A DNA stretch of 63,819 bases, filler included, from Reticulomyxa filosa (taxonomy: Eukaryota > Protista > Foraminifera), in assembly GCA_000512085.1 (NCBI GenBank). It is 10 parts of 10 records of this genome, joined end to end, with 100 filler letters (N's around TTAATTAATTAA, not from the genome) between each part and the next. Parts side by side here need not be neighbours in the genome. Positions count along the whole stretch, not along the records: positions 24,034 to 25,463 come from ASPP01045492.1; positions 25,564 to 55,621 come from ASPP01007421.1; 8 more parts are not named here. The stretch is one strand, 5' to 3'. Shown here piece by piece: positions 24,475 through 38,146 of the stretch. Every line of letters begins with the position of its first letter. Positions within the stretch are counted from its first letter, which is position 1. Both the position numbers and the translations under genes were made by a program. The notes beneath the pieces were generated by a model. That model did not search any database, had not been told where the DNA came from, and saw only the letters and a program-made list of their open reading frames with translations.

Positions 24475-25463
24475 TTTTTTTTTTAATGATCAATTCAAAA
24501 CTTGAACTTTGAGTTTGAACTTTTTAATTAAAAAAAGATGTGACAAATTTCAAATTTAATTTTTGGTTGAAATGTATTGAAGTTGATGTGCATAATTGTT
24601 TAAAATATCACTTTATGACAACTTAGTGAATATTTGATGATGCTGAACGATCAACGTCCTTGTAAAAAGAACATAATATCCAGTTTTTAATGTTTGAAAA
24701 TAGAAAAACAAGAGATTGTTAATGTAGTAGCTAACGTAACGGTAATTAATTTTTTTGTAAAACACATGCTTAAAAAAGAAAAAAATCGCAAAAATAAGAA
24801 ACATGTTCTTCAACAAAAATTTTGCTTCAAACACTGTCGAGTTACCCTTTTTTTTTTAGTATTGTGTGATCACTTTATATAACGATTTCTGCCAGCTCGT
24901 TGTTTCTTATCACTTTTACATGTACTTTTAAGCTTGTACAAATCTCATTCATATAATAATGTATCGATTTTATATTTTTGGTTGACTGGAACAAATTCAT
25001 GACCTAAATCATTATTTTTAGAGAATTGAAAATATTGTAATTCTTTCTCAACTAATCAATGAATTTCTTGTTTTAAAAGTATTTTTGTGCTCTCATAGAT
25101 TTATCACAAATCGTATTTCAATGAGTAAAGAAAAAATTATGCACTATCACAAAGGCAATATCATTTGAATCTTGTTTAGACAAAGGAATACAAAAAATAA
25201 AGATTACACAAATTGTGATAGTCGGTGTTAAAAATATTCCAAAACAAAAAATTTGTTTAAATAAAATATTTGTAATCACGAAAAAATATCTTACAAAAAT
25301 ATTTTGTTATTTAATATAATTTTCATCTGTCATGATTTAGAAATCTTTAAACATTGAATACATTATTTTTCTTTCAACAAAATAGATCATTTAATGACCG
25401 CATTCAAACTAAGTCAAACAAATTCAATACCATTTGCATCAAATTTTTCAAAAAAAAAAAAAA

Positions 25464-25563
25464 NNNNNNNNNNNNNNNNNNNNNNNNNNNNNNNNNNNNN
25501 NNNNNNNTTAATTAATTAANNNNNNNNNNNNNNNNNNNNNNNNNNNNNNNNNNNNNNNNNNNN
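25464..25563. other. Artificial contig spacer
   Basis: N44-TTAATTAATTAA-N44. Confidence 0.99.
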
Positions 25564-27929
25564 ATACAAAGAAAATACTTTCAAACTACTAAAAAAAGAA
25601 TTTTTTTTTACCGTGATAAAAAATCTTTTTTTACTAGTTGAAAACTTTCAATATCTGATATTGCGATTTTGCGCGAGATCCGATATATACAAGATAACAA
25701 AACACCCAAGATGAACAGCCAAAACAAAATAATATTAACAAAAAAGAATGTCGAACAACTTTTCTATTAAATAAGCCTAAATGGCATACCAACATTCACA
25801 TGCTTTCTTTAATAATAAGTGTTTAAATTTTATTTTTGTTTTAGTTTGCTTTAATTTGTTAAAAGAAGTGAATTGAATATCAATACTTCGAAAACAAGTC
25901 TCAGATGATTCGGTTGAGCATTGGCATTACTCCTGTAATTCCCCCTGACCATTCCACAGGGAAGAGCCAAATTTGTTTTCACAACCGTTGATATCACCGT
26001 ACAACCTTTGAGATTTTATTTGTTTTTTGATATTTTAAAGATTAAATTAAAACTTAAAATTTTTTTTCTCACTTGCTGTTGTTGATTGTGTGTTAGTTTT
26101 TGATATGCTTTGTTGATATTTTCCTTTTTTTGTTTGTTTTTATTAGAGTACTGTGTTCCTTTTGAGACGAGGTGCTCGTTTTAACTTGGATCTTATTTTT
26201 GCTAAAAAAAAATTCTTAGAACGAGGTGATAGGGCAAAAAGAGTGTGAGTTGAGGATGAAGCGATAGAGTAGTCTAACACTTGACACGCCCCCACTGCAA
26301 CCCATCTAAAAAAAAAACCTTAGTGTGTATTCGGTGTTAGTGAGATGCTTGGTTACGATGTTTTTTCCTTTCTTTGAAATTTCAATATTACAACATTCTC
26401 CAAGCTAAAAAAAAAATAGTCATTGTTATTAAAAAAAATAAATTATTCTTCTTTCTATTGACCCTTTCTTTTGGTTTTTAATGTCCATTATTATTTTCAT
26501 TTCCATTTGATCTTTGCCCTTTGGCAGCATCGTATAAGAATAATTCTTTGGCTGCCGCTGCGCATTTGATTTAATTAGAATGTGTTTAGATGCCTTCTTC
26601 TTCAGGAATGTATTTTCCTTCATTGTCAATTTAATACCAAGCTTTTCTCTTGCTTTGCTGGTCACATCATTATGTAAGATTGATTATTCTGATTGATTGC
26701 AAGTTCGTGATTAATTCAATATTCAATAGATATAATTCTGTCAGAAGATTTGATATCATATAATGAATGTATAATTCATGTATCTATTGTATTAAATATC
26801 GTTTTGTGAAATGATAAATTGAATCTTGTTAGAATTGCAGCTGATTTGACTCAACATCATATATCAGTTGCATTCCTGAATAATCACATATTGAACTCCT
26901 TCTTTACATAGCAAAGAACAAATAATATATTTGTTAATGGACTTATACTTCAAGATATACAATGCCACGATATTTTCTAGTCATTTTAGTAAATTGTATT
27001 GCATTCATTAGTGAACGCGATGTCATTTGTTAGTATTACTGTCAAAGTTGAATTGAATTATTATTTGTATAACATCCAAAGATCATATTCTCCAAAATTT
27101 TGAAAGCTGCAAAGTTTGTGATCGATACCATACAAATTTCATTAAAAAATTAATTTTAAATAATCCAAAAAAATTCCTTTTATTCTTTTCTGCTCTTTCT
27201 TTCCAACAGTTCTTGTTAATTATTGCTTCAGTATATCTAATGACTATTTTGAAAATTTCTTTCAATAGCTTTAGAATGGCAAGTATTCTTAATTTCAGAA
27301 ATTTTCTCATCGAAATACAACCTTTTAAGTAAAAGTTAATATTGATTATGAATTTAGTCAATATTACTTTTTTTTTTCACAAAAAAAAAAAAGTATAACT
27401 TTTGCATTTGTAAAATATCAAAACTTGTAAATTTTTCACAAACGCAGTACTGTATCCAAAATAAACATCAAATCTCTGCAGGTGTTGAAGTATTTTGCAC
27501 TCAATAACATTCAATTTTATTGTTAAGTTAAATAAATATGAGTTATTCTAGAATTTTTTAAAAGCGAGTGTTCTCTCTATTTAACCTAAAGTTGCTTAGA
27601 GGAAAACTACTCCCATGTCTTTTGTTTCTTTTTAAGGGGTATTGGCGAAATAAAAGTGATTTTTTTTGTTTGTCCAACATTGCAGCTCTGAGACTTATTT
27701 TTCTCAAGATGTAAATATTTTTTTGTGTCATAACTGTAATAAACTTTACAGTGATTTTAACATTTGAGTTGTATTAAAAATGAATAAAAATTGGCATTTT
27801 GCCATATCTAAAACAATGATTCGGGTGACAACACATAACCTTACTTTATACCGTTTGTTGCTGGACCTTCAGAAGGAAGTCTTTGTATGGCACGACTGAT
27901 TCCCTGATTTTTTTTCTTACGCATTAAAC

Positions 27930-30900
27930 ATGACTATGGGCTCGTCTTACTTGCTCCTGGCTGCTTTAACTTTGGGACAATTAACACTAAGTTGGGATTT
28001 GTTGAATTATGACCCTGTGGCAATGCCTACCTCGACAGTAACAGTTGGTAACGTTACCCGGTTTACAGTGCTGACTGAACATCTGATACGCATGGAATAC
28101 AGGTAAAAATGCGTTTTAAAGAAGAAAATAGAACCAAAAAAAAGGTGTGTATTGTAAACGGGAGGAAGTGAGGAAGGAATATTCGAAGACCGTGCTACAG
28201 TTGCAATCGTAAACCGACGTTTACCAACCCCGAAATTCAGTCAATATATATCGAATAATGAATTAACAATTACCACAGCTGCACTTGAGCTGAAATATAT
28301 GATTGGGGAGCCACTTGGCCCCATGTCGCTTGTAATAAATGGATACAATGTGTCAGGATTGGCATTCCAATATGTACCCACCGGTGACCCATTTGAGTTT
28401 TGTGAAAGAACAAATATACGTATCAAAAGAAGGGTCGTTGTATTACGTTTGAAAACCTGGCTTTTTTCACAAACAAAAAAAATGACAGTGACAATAGTTT
28501 GAGTCGGAACGTATTTGGAACCATTCGATCATTAGATGACGTGAACGTGCCCATTTCATTGAATTGCACCAATGTGAGTTGAACAAATGTTGTAAAAATT
28601 GAGACTACTGTATGTTTGTGAACTTCGATAGAAGAGTGTACCAAAAAAACATACAGCTGCAAGGTGAAATCGTTCATGGAGAAAGCTTGCATTGCACGTG
28701 GTCAGTATTTGGTCGAAATGGATATGCGTTGATCGACGACACCAACACGACCATCATTGAAAATAATTGGATTCCAGTCGATGATTGGCGGAACAATAAC
28801 GATCAAGACTGGTATTTTTTTGGTCATGGCTTAGATTTCAAACAGGCTTTGCATGATTTCTCTTTAATCTCTGGAGCTATTCCAATGCTTCCGAGATATG
28901 CTCTCGGTTATCTTTCACTTTTTTTTTTTAAAAAAATGAGCTGTGAATCATCAATTTTCTTTTAAACTTCAAATTAAGGTTCGATGCATTGTCGTTGGTA
29001 TGATTACGGCGACTGGAACCTTCGTGAAGCTGTTCGAAATTACGAAGACCGTAATTTACCATTGGACGTTGCTGTCATTGATATGGTTTGCTAACAATCA
29101 AACAAAATTTATATACGTACATGTATGTGTTTGAAATATTTGTTTGCACTTTTTCAACGACACAAGGATTGGCACATATACGGGCCTTGGGGTGCTTACA
29201 CTTGGGATTATCACTTGTTTTCCAATCCGAATATTACGCAATATTGGTTTAAACAAAAATCGCTGCGAACTGCTGGTAAGTTAGTACATTCTACAATCTC
29301 ATGACACAAACACAAAGACAACTAATCAAAACAAACAGCAAATCTGCACGACGCCAATGGCATTGCGACCTACGAACAATACTACCCGGTTTGTAGAAAA
29401 AAAAAGAGAAGGAACAAAGCGAAGGGAACAAACTCTTTGCTTAAATAAAAAAGGAAGCAGCGCAAGCATTGAACTTTGACACATTACAAGGAGACATAAT
29501 GTTCAATTTGACCAATGAAACGTATATGCTGGTATTAGAAGACGTCGTATTGTATCCCATATCACAACGAACAAACGACCCCAGTGCTTCAGATTGGATA
29601 GGGTCTGATTTGTCCGCGCAACAACAAAGCAAAAAACGTCGTTATTTGCGAAAGCAGCGCGTTGCCAACAAACATTATTTACACAGCGCTTCCACCAAGC
29701 ATCCTCAATCACAAGAGCCTCCTACCATGGATGGATTTGATTTTTGGTTAGCTTTTTTTTGTCTTCTTTCTCTCTTCCCATCTGTCTTTATGTCACACTT
29801 TCTGCTCATGTCCGCATATTACATCAAAACAATAGGTGGATTGATTGGCAGCAAGGGCAATATTATGGTAAGTCAGTGTGCGGTTTTTCTCTTTTTTTTT
29901 AACATGACATTGTCTTGTTTTTCCATTCAAAAACAAAAATCAAGGAATCTATTACTCAAAAATAAATCCCACCATTTGGTTAAACTATGTCCGCGCTACG
30001 GATCACATTCGACGAAATGAAAATGTGAGAGGAATGGTGTTGGCAAGATATGGCGGATACGGAAATCAACGATATCAAGTAGGGTTCTCTGGTGATGTAG
30101 GACATAATTGGCAGTTGTTTTCTTTTGAGCCTTATTTCACCAGTACTGCTTCCAACGTCGGATATGGATATTGGTCTCATGACATCATGTCCGCTTTTTT
30201 TTTTGTGCGACAAAGTTACAAAATACCAACAGCAAAACGTCTTTTTTTTTGTATGTACGTCATAAATACAGGGGCGCAGCTGGGGATGATGAATTGGATA
30301 CTCGATGGGTATGTTGTATATGTATTGTTTTTTTGAAAAGTAAACAAATAGAATTTGGATAATAGATCCAATTCGGTACGGTCAGTCCAATATTTCGCAC
30401 ACACGATGCTGGTGAAGCTACTGGCGAATGTGTTGACACTTCCAAAGGCTGTCCCTTGGTAGACATATGGTTAAGATTTACGCTCACGTCTTTTTGTATT
30501 TTTAAAATGAAAAGTAATGTATTAAACCCACTCTACTTCGCACGAAAACGCAAAAAAAAAAAGGACACACCCTTGGAAAAATTTCAACATTGAAAGACAA
30601 GCACTGCAGCAAAGATCCGAGCTGTTGCCATATTGGTACAATGCTTCATATGAAGCATTTCGAACCGGAGTGAGTATCATTCGCCCTTTGTATTATGTTG
30701 ATCCTGACTTAGGTTTGTGTACTGAGAACACACAAACAAAGTCCATTCTTTGTCCAATTTTTCCAAAACAAAAATGATACACACATTTGAACTGAAGACG
30801 AAGCATATTTGAGTGGGCACGAATATTACATTGGCCATCACATATTGGTAGCACCAGTAACGAATACGTCGGGTGGTAGTTTCAACTTAACTCAATGGAA

Positions 30901-31986
30901 TGTCTGGCTTCCTCCGGGAGAGTGGTATGAAGAGCACAGTGGACGATATTTTGATGGCAACACCCAATTGGCACGTTGGTTTGATTTAAGCGAAATTCCA
31001 ATGTATATAAAAGCTGGGGCCATTCTTGTCAAACAGCCTTTTGAGCCTCGTTATACTTTAGGTAGAGCCGGAATGACTCATTACACTCATCTCCGCTTTG
31101 AAATTTATCCGAGATCGGATGTCTATGCAGGAAGCACTCAGGTTTTGTTATACGGAGGATGTATCAACAACAATTTGAGGACATAAACAAAACAAAAAAA
31201 GGTATATGAAGATGATGGATTTACGTACGACTACTTAGATACAACAGACTCAAATAGCCATGCATTTACTTATTTTGAGTACACACTGAATGGCTCTAAT
31301 TTTCAAGCACAAATTAAAACAATTGGTGATTACGAATATTTTCCAACTCGAAGACAATATTCGATTCTTGTATGTTGTTCACTTTAAATAGGAGTTTCTT
31401 AAAAATAAAATAAATCTGTGTTGTTTGATCGAGTACAGATACGTAATGTCCTTCCGCCCAACGTTGTACGCTGCGGTAATCAGCTAATGTCTTACGTGTA
31501 TAATTGGTTTGATGGTGGTGATGGGCTTGAAGGATGGTATTTTGATGGTATCAAAATGGCTGTTGTTGTCAACTGTCCTAACGTCACAACCAGGTTAAGT
31601 TGTTTGTTTAATAAAAATTCCAATTTATTTTTTAAAGAAAAAAACAAAACAGTACTGAATTTTCAATTGAAATGGTGTTTAACGACGAATGGAGTAATGA
31701 TTTGAAAAAAACGGATGGAATGAAAGGAAAAATATACCGTAGTTATTTATCCAAAAACACGTTAGATGAGCAAAATGTCCCCTATGGCTCCACCCGTGTC
31801 AATTTGACCGATTGTGCAGAGATGGGATTCCATCTAGGAAATATTGCCACTGATTTCAATTCTTTTCAAAGCTTGGTAAGTAACTTTGACACACTCTTTA
31901 GTGCTGCCATCAATCAAGTTCAAAACTTGCAAGGTGTTGATTATAACCGAGAAAGATATGCTATTAATTTGTTAGAAACAATTTGA
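27930..31986 (+). CDS. Secreted glycoside hydrolase family 31 (alpha-glucosidase/xylosidase type), many exons
   Basis: Signal peptide MTMGSSYLLLAALTLGQLTLS; RFTVLTEHLIRMEY; FEDRAT; DWYFFGHGLDFKQALHDF..ISGAIPMLPRYALG; LPLDVAVIDM|DWH; nucleophile DFW|WIDWQQG; ARYGGYGNQRYQVGFSGDV (acid/base); ASNVGYGYWSHDI; IFRTHD; ELLPYWYN; VWLPPGEWY; VYEDDG. Confidence 0.93.
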
Positions 31987-32349
31987 AGAAACATTTTGTT
32001 CTTCAATTATCAAAAAATATTTTATCTTTGCACTCTTTACTTAATTTTTTATCGCTGATTTCGATTTATTACAAAAAAATCTTAATGAACATCCACAAAC
32101 ATTTAACATGTTCAAAAACAGTACTTTTTGTAATATTCAAAATAGGATTTTTTTAGTTGAAAACGTTTGTAGATCTTCAGAGGATTTGTTTGTGATCAAG
32201 TTATACACACCAGCTGATTGTATTTTCGATAGAATGATCAACAGTTCGCGCAGCTAGATTATTTCTTAAGAAGATCCCCATAGCTTCCCACGAATTATAG
32301 AAATAAAATATTGCAACGCCTGGATCCAAATTTTGCCGATTACAAAGGA

Positions 32350-33697
32350 TTAAACCAAGACTTCATGTGGGGAATCAAAACTATCAACAAGTACTACAAA
32401 ATTTTTTCCAAAGAGAATTGTCTTAAAACATTTTTCCATGCATGCTCGAGCGTGTACATCCGTATGGCTGTAACCACAAGTGCAGATCAGTTGAAATATA
32501 TGATCCATCCAATTAAACGACAAAATCAAGACGATCAATGAAAAGACAACACCAGTGGCAATAAGTGTAGACAATTCTTTAGTTGCAAATGTAAGTCCAT
32601 AAATAACCACGACTGATACTAATGTCCACATATATAAACAAGCCAATTTGTAGGTTGTGTGTTGTAATACAAAAACTTCTTGTTGTTTGTGCAAGTTGTA
32701 ATTCAATTGAGCATGCGATTGACTGGGAGGAGTCGACGGTCGATCAATCACAGAACCTTTTGTGTATAAAGTACATATACATATTAGAGGATAGTGCAAG
32801 AAGGTAAACAGAGTAAAGAAAACGATTGGCGTGGAGTGCCAGCAAACTCGTGTGATCGAGCAAGTGTTTCATAGACAAATTTGCAAATTTTCTTAATTTC
32901 CAAACGAAAATGATTCCTAGTGTTATAGAAGTGAAAAAATCGATAACAGTGAAGACAGCACCAGCGTCAGTGATGGAATTGCAGCCAAATGCGTGCAGAG
33001 AAAACAAATAAAACCACCAAGCTACGACATAACTTAAGATAATCCATGCGATATACAAATAGAGAAAACGCAGATTGAACTCGTACATCGAGCCCAAAAA
33101 ACAGAAATAAATGCGATACACATATAATAAGTATAAGCCGACTCTTTCGATTATTGGTAATGAAACAAAAATTTCGTGCTGTACGCAGACTGATATCCAC
33201 GTAATATTAAAAAATATTAGTGGAACATTTCTTAAAATTTGAAATACTACATATACAAAAGTTACTGCAACCACCACACATAACAATGTCTTCACAATTT
33301 TATCAGGTGCGTCTACTGTCTTGTACACGATTTTGTGTGTTGCTATACTTTTGCTTTGAGCCAAGTCAGGGAAATCTGAAGTCTTCTGCTCGCTCCCTTG
33401 CATTGGTCCATCAAACCAACGTGTAGCAGTCATTTCTGATCTATTTCCAGCAGGGCTGTTTTGCACAGTTGATTGACCCTTTTCTACATCTGTTACTATA
33501 ACGTGATCGATTACAGGATACGTTATGCGATGACTGAAAAAAGAGTACAGCAACGTGTAGTATACCAAGCCACAACAGACGAAAAACAAAATAAAATCCC
33601 AGATGACAAAAAATATGGCCGAAGAAAGGCTGTCAAAATACCCTTCCCAATAAATCTTCATTGGCCGCTGTAGCAAGAAAATACGGAGGAAGTACAA
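32350..33697 (-). CDS. Seven-transmembrane (GPCR-like) protein, at least 2 exons
   Basis: Five hydrophobic helices lie in ORF 32744-33697 and two in 32350-32799. Cys precedes TM3 (SVCVQ) and occurs in ECL2 (FGCNS); YRIY ends TM3; a Cys-rich stretch follows TM7. Confidence 0.6.
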
Positions 33698-34006
33698 ATT
33701 TTTTTTCTCTGTTGGCCTGGTCGTCTGTTCCCTTTCTTGTTAAACAGTGGGATATTTGTTCTAGAAAATCCAATAAAAATTAAGAAGATTTATTTGCTTA
33801 ACGAAACTCCCAAAGTCTCAGTAATTACTCGTGCAAATGTTAGAAAGTTTTATCACATTGAAAAAGAAAACAGCAAAAGAAAAGGAAAAACAAATACAAA
33901 TGAAGTAAAAATTTGCACGTTGTGTCATCTTATTGGTATAAAGTTAATTATTGCTGGAAAAAAACTTAGTTGCGTTTTAAAAACATTTTTTACGTCAAAA
34001 TTGACA

Positions 34007-37000
34007 CTAGTTTGTTTGCTCTCCTTCTGAGATATCTTCTTCAACTTTTTTTCACACGACTTTTTTTTTTCTCTTTACCTTCGTTTTCTGCCGCACGGTT
34101 TTTTTTTATATGCTGCGACACACAAGCAATCACTGAGTATCTTTTCAAAAAAGATAAAAATATAAAATAAAGTATACCGTGTCGTTTTTCTTTGTTTTTT
34201 TCTTGGACTTTTTTTTCTTTTTCAGCTTCAATGGATTTGATTTGTTGCTTTGTTTTTTCTTTTTCGAAATTTCCTTTTTCGTTGACCGGCTCAGTTTTGA
34301 TGGTTGAAGAGCCAACACGTTGGAGGAAATCTTCTTCTAATTCTTCACTATCCGTCAATTGAACAGTGTCAACAACTTTTTGAAGTTTGCTTCTTTTTCC
34401 AATCGAAGATTTTGAGGATGCCTTTACATTTTTTTTGGAACTTTTTTTGGCCCCTTTTTTACGTTTGTTATTTTCTTGACTACTATCATCGTCAGATGTA
34501 TGTTTTTCATTCTCAACACTATCCTTATCGTCATCCTGTTCACGCTCATTTTCATTTCTCTCCCCTTCACTGTTACCATCGCTGCTGGCCTCTCCTTTGC
34601 GAGGATCAGCTTTTTGTAAGTTTTGGATTGAATCAGATATCTTTAAAGTTGTGTCTGTCTTTTCATTGGATGATAGCACTTTTTCTTTGTTTTCGATTGT
34701 ACTGTCTTTCAAGGTATTGATTATATCTTCCTTACGGCTTTGTGTACTTGTTATTGGCTCTGAATCTTTTTTTAACTCCTCGATTTTTCCAATGCTGTTT
34801 TGTGATCGATTTGCTTCTGTTGTTGCTATTATTGTAGTTGGCGCTGTTGGTACTACCGTTGCAATTTCCTTCTCTTTTTGTAATGACTCTTTATGTTCCT
34901 CAGGCGCGATCGATTGCGCTGCTTGTTGTGTGGCCGCACCGGTCAAGTTCGAACTACTCTTTTCGTTCTTTCTACTCTTATCTTCAGACGCCGCTGGCAA
35001 GGTAACTGTAGGCGTGGTCGCCAATGGAGGAGGCGGTTGAACTGTTGTATTTATTTCGACGGTGTTATTTTGAGTGTCTCCTAGGACTTGAGTATTATCT
35101 GATTTGGATGTGTCGGATACAATCTGCTTTGGTGTTTTTGCATCCGTTTGTTTCTGTTCTTCTTTATTTGTGGGATCATTATTCGTTAAAGAAATGTTGG
35201 TTTTGACGGTGGTCGCTATTGTATTATTTTCTATGCCTTTTTTCTCTACACGAGCTTTTGGAGTTATTTCATTGACATCATCGCTTTCACTTTCATTTTT
35301 CTTTTTTTTTTTTTCTTTATTCTTGTTCTTTGTATCCATGACTTTTTCGTTTTTTTAGGAATAACATCTTCGTCGTCACTTATTTCTGTTTCATCCAATG
35401 CTATTGGTCGAATTGGTCTTGTTTTTATTTTTTTTAGTTTGTCATTGGATTTGGATCCTGCACTTTTTTCTCTTTTCTCGCTTTCTTTCACACGTTCTTT
35501 CTCTTTTTCCTCTTCTTCTTCTTCTTCCTCTTCCTCCTCTTCCTCCTCTTCTTCTTCCTCTTCTTCTTCTTCTGGCTCTTCTACCACTTGTTTCTTCCCT
35601 TTCGACGCTCTAGCAGCCCCGTCTGTTGTGCACATTAAAAAAAAAAGATAATAAACTAAAGACAAATAAAGTTGCAAAAAATACCATTGAAAAAATCATC
35701 GTCCAAGCTCCCAGCTTCAAATGTATCAATGTCTTGTTCTTCGTGTTGTGACTTGGTTTTCAAAGTGGATTTGAGTTTGTTACCGTCGTTGGCAGTGATT
35801 TTCCCATTTGTGGATACTGTTTTGGCTTGTTTGTTTTTATCATCCATCTCTTCTTTCATTTGTTTTTTCTCCCTTTGTTCTTTTTCTCTTTGTTCCTTTT
35901 CCCGTTGTTCTTTTTCTCTTTGTTGCTGTTCTTGAAACAGCGGCAGATCTTTGCTGCTGGTCACGGTTTGTTTGACCCGTGGCGCGGGAATATTATCCAA
36001 CGAGGCAGTGGCTGGACTATCGGGAGTGGGCACATGTTTTTGTATCGGCGGCTCAGTGCTATTTGGACTAGTACCAGTCGGAAGAGGAAGAGGAGGTGGA
36101 GGCGGAGGTGGGACTTCTGCGTTTGCATGGCTTTCGTTCGTTTTTGCTGTCGCTTTGCCGAGATGAATGCCTTTGGGGCCTATCAAGCCAAAGCTCTGGT
36201 GCGGCTGTCTTTGCAAGTAACTGGCGTAGTCGTGGTTCTTTATTAATGTATCAACCTCGAGCTGAGATTGGTCCAACTCGAAGCGCACACGATCCAATTC
36301 TGTCTCCAACAGTTTACACTATCAATACACACAAATTGTAGCCATGAGAACAATAGACCATTTTACTGTTTATTTGCAAAGATTTGTATATAAATATATT
36401 TATTTATTTATATGTACATATATATCTTCTTCCTCTCTCTCTCTCTACTCTTTTCAAACTTTCATACGCAAAAATGGGACCGATAAGAACGTATACAATT
36501 CCTTCATCCCAAAACAATCTTTCAGCGACACTTCCAAATGTCTCACGTTTTTAGGCTGTTTCGCCATGAATTCCTTTATCTCTTCGCTTGTTAATGTCCA
36601 ATAGTGATTTAAGTCTTTCTTTATAAACTGTTTTGTTCAAAATTGATTTTGAAACAGCTTTTTTTTGATTTGGTTAATAAAACAAAGTTATTTTGCAAAC
36701 AACATAACACCGACTTAACTAAAATTAACACATCAATATTTTCATTTACTTCGGGGAGTCGATTTTTGACATATTCTAATGTCCATTTTTGCGTTGGATC
36801 GACCATAAATATGACTGCGTTTGTTCCTGATAGGTTGTGATAAGTGAATATATTTGGTATGTTGGCACTGTCAAATTGCACTGAATGACGAAATAAATAC
36901 ATTGATAATAATATTATTCATAATTAGAAATACCTTTGTAAACATCGACACAAGAAGCGTCCATCGGTTGGCCATTGGCAATTGGATGTGGCAGTGGTAT

Positions 37001-37538
37001 CTCGGAGTCATTCTCCAACTCGGCAACGATCGCTTTGTCAACTACATCCCATATCTCTAATTTCACTGTCTCTTCACTTGTTTTATAAGTCCAAGGCATG
37101 CTTGTGATATGAATTTGTGGGGTTGGAATATGTTCCAATCTGAATTTTCCACCTTCGAGGCGATGCAGTAGCGCTTGATTTGGATTGAAAAAGGGAAGGA
37201 GAACAAACGAGAATATATGTCTGTGTCTTATTTATCTACGTGCATGAGGTGGAAATTTCTAATATCATTTTTACCTGATTTTCCTGTTTGCCGGTCTCCT
37301 CGAATTATTAGCTTCACTGTATGTGTGTTGTCAGTGTTATGGACAATTGTGAGATCAAACATGAAATATGAACCATTCTTGTCACTTCTAAAAGAATCAC
37401 TGTCTAGTAACTGTTGTATGTATGCTGGTCAAGGACGCTTGGTTTAGTCTTTTCTCCAGAGACCGCCGATGCACCGGCTTGAGGGAATGGGCCTGGAGCG
37501 GGTGATGATTGGTGTCCATGGCCTGTATTGTTTCCCAT
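34007..37538 (-). CDS. RABL6: Rab-like protein 6 (RBEL1/PARF) with a very long acidic, low-complexity C-terminus
   Basis: VKLIIRGDRQTGK; LLHRLEGGKF..EHIPTPQIHITSMPWTYKTSEETVKLEIWDVVDK; DASCVDVYK|GTNAVIFMVDPTQKWTLEYV; LEVSLKDCFGMKELYTFLSVPFL. Collinear with RABL6 ([62 protein letters not shown]). Confidence 0.92.
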
Positions 37539-38146
37539 TTCAAATGTATTTGTGATTCTATTTGCAAAGTTTCAAGTGATCGCCTTCCAAACTAATAATT
37601 TTGTTCCTAAGTGCCTTTAAAAAAAATTAAAACGCGAAAAAACGAACCACGGTCAATGTTTTATAAGTTATTATAAAGATGCAATGTGGATGAAATTAAA
37701 CAAAATTCATCAAAAGAATCCACTTTCTTAAACCTCATCTGTGCATTTGTGAACCACAGTCTAATTGAAAATGTAAGGTTTTAGTCAATACAACAGATCA
37801 AAAAATTTTATTCTTTTCGGAGCAATTGCTTGATTGACACTTTTCTTCAAAAAATTTAAATGCACATTCTATATTTGCCAATATTTTTTGCGAGAAAAAT
37901 AAGAGGCTGCATTCTGAGATTTATTTTCATGCCAAACGGTGGAAAAAAAGAAACACAACAAAAAAAGGTAACATATCACAGTTTGTCTACTTTTTTTTTT
38001 TGTACAGAATATGACGAAAAAACTGATGTACAACTCTTCAATTGCTTGTTTTGCATTATCATTTATTTCTCTATGATCAGTAAAATTATTATTATTTTTG
38101 AACCACTGTCAATACTGTTGATTGGTTCAAAAATCAAAGAATGGCT

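Noticed and set aside
25900-26700. Exon-like minus-strand fragments upstream of GH31
   Set aside because: No recognisable motif or consistent reading frame could be assembled.
27031-27039. TAGTATTAC CRESS-origin nonanucleotide (also at 54179-54187)
   Set aside because: On a different contig from the Rep and with no flanking stem. The second copy is inside the Tc1 remnant. Expected by chance in AT-rich DNA.
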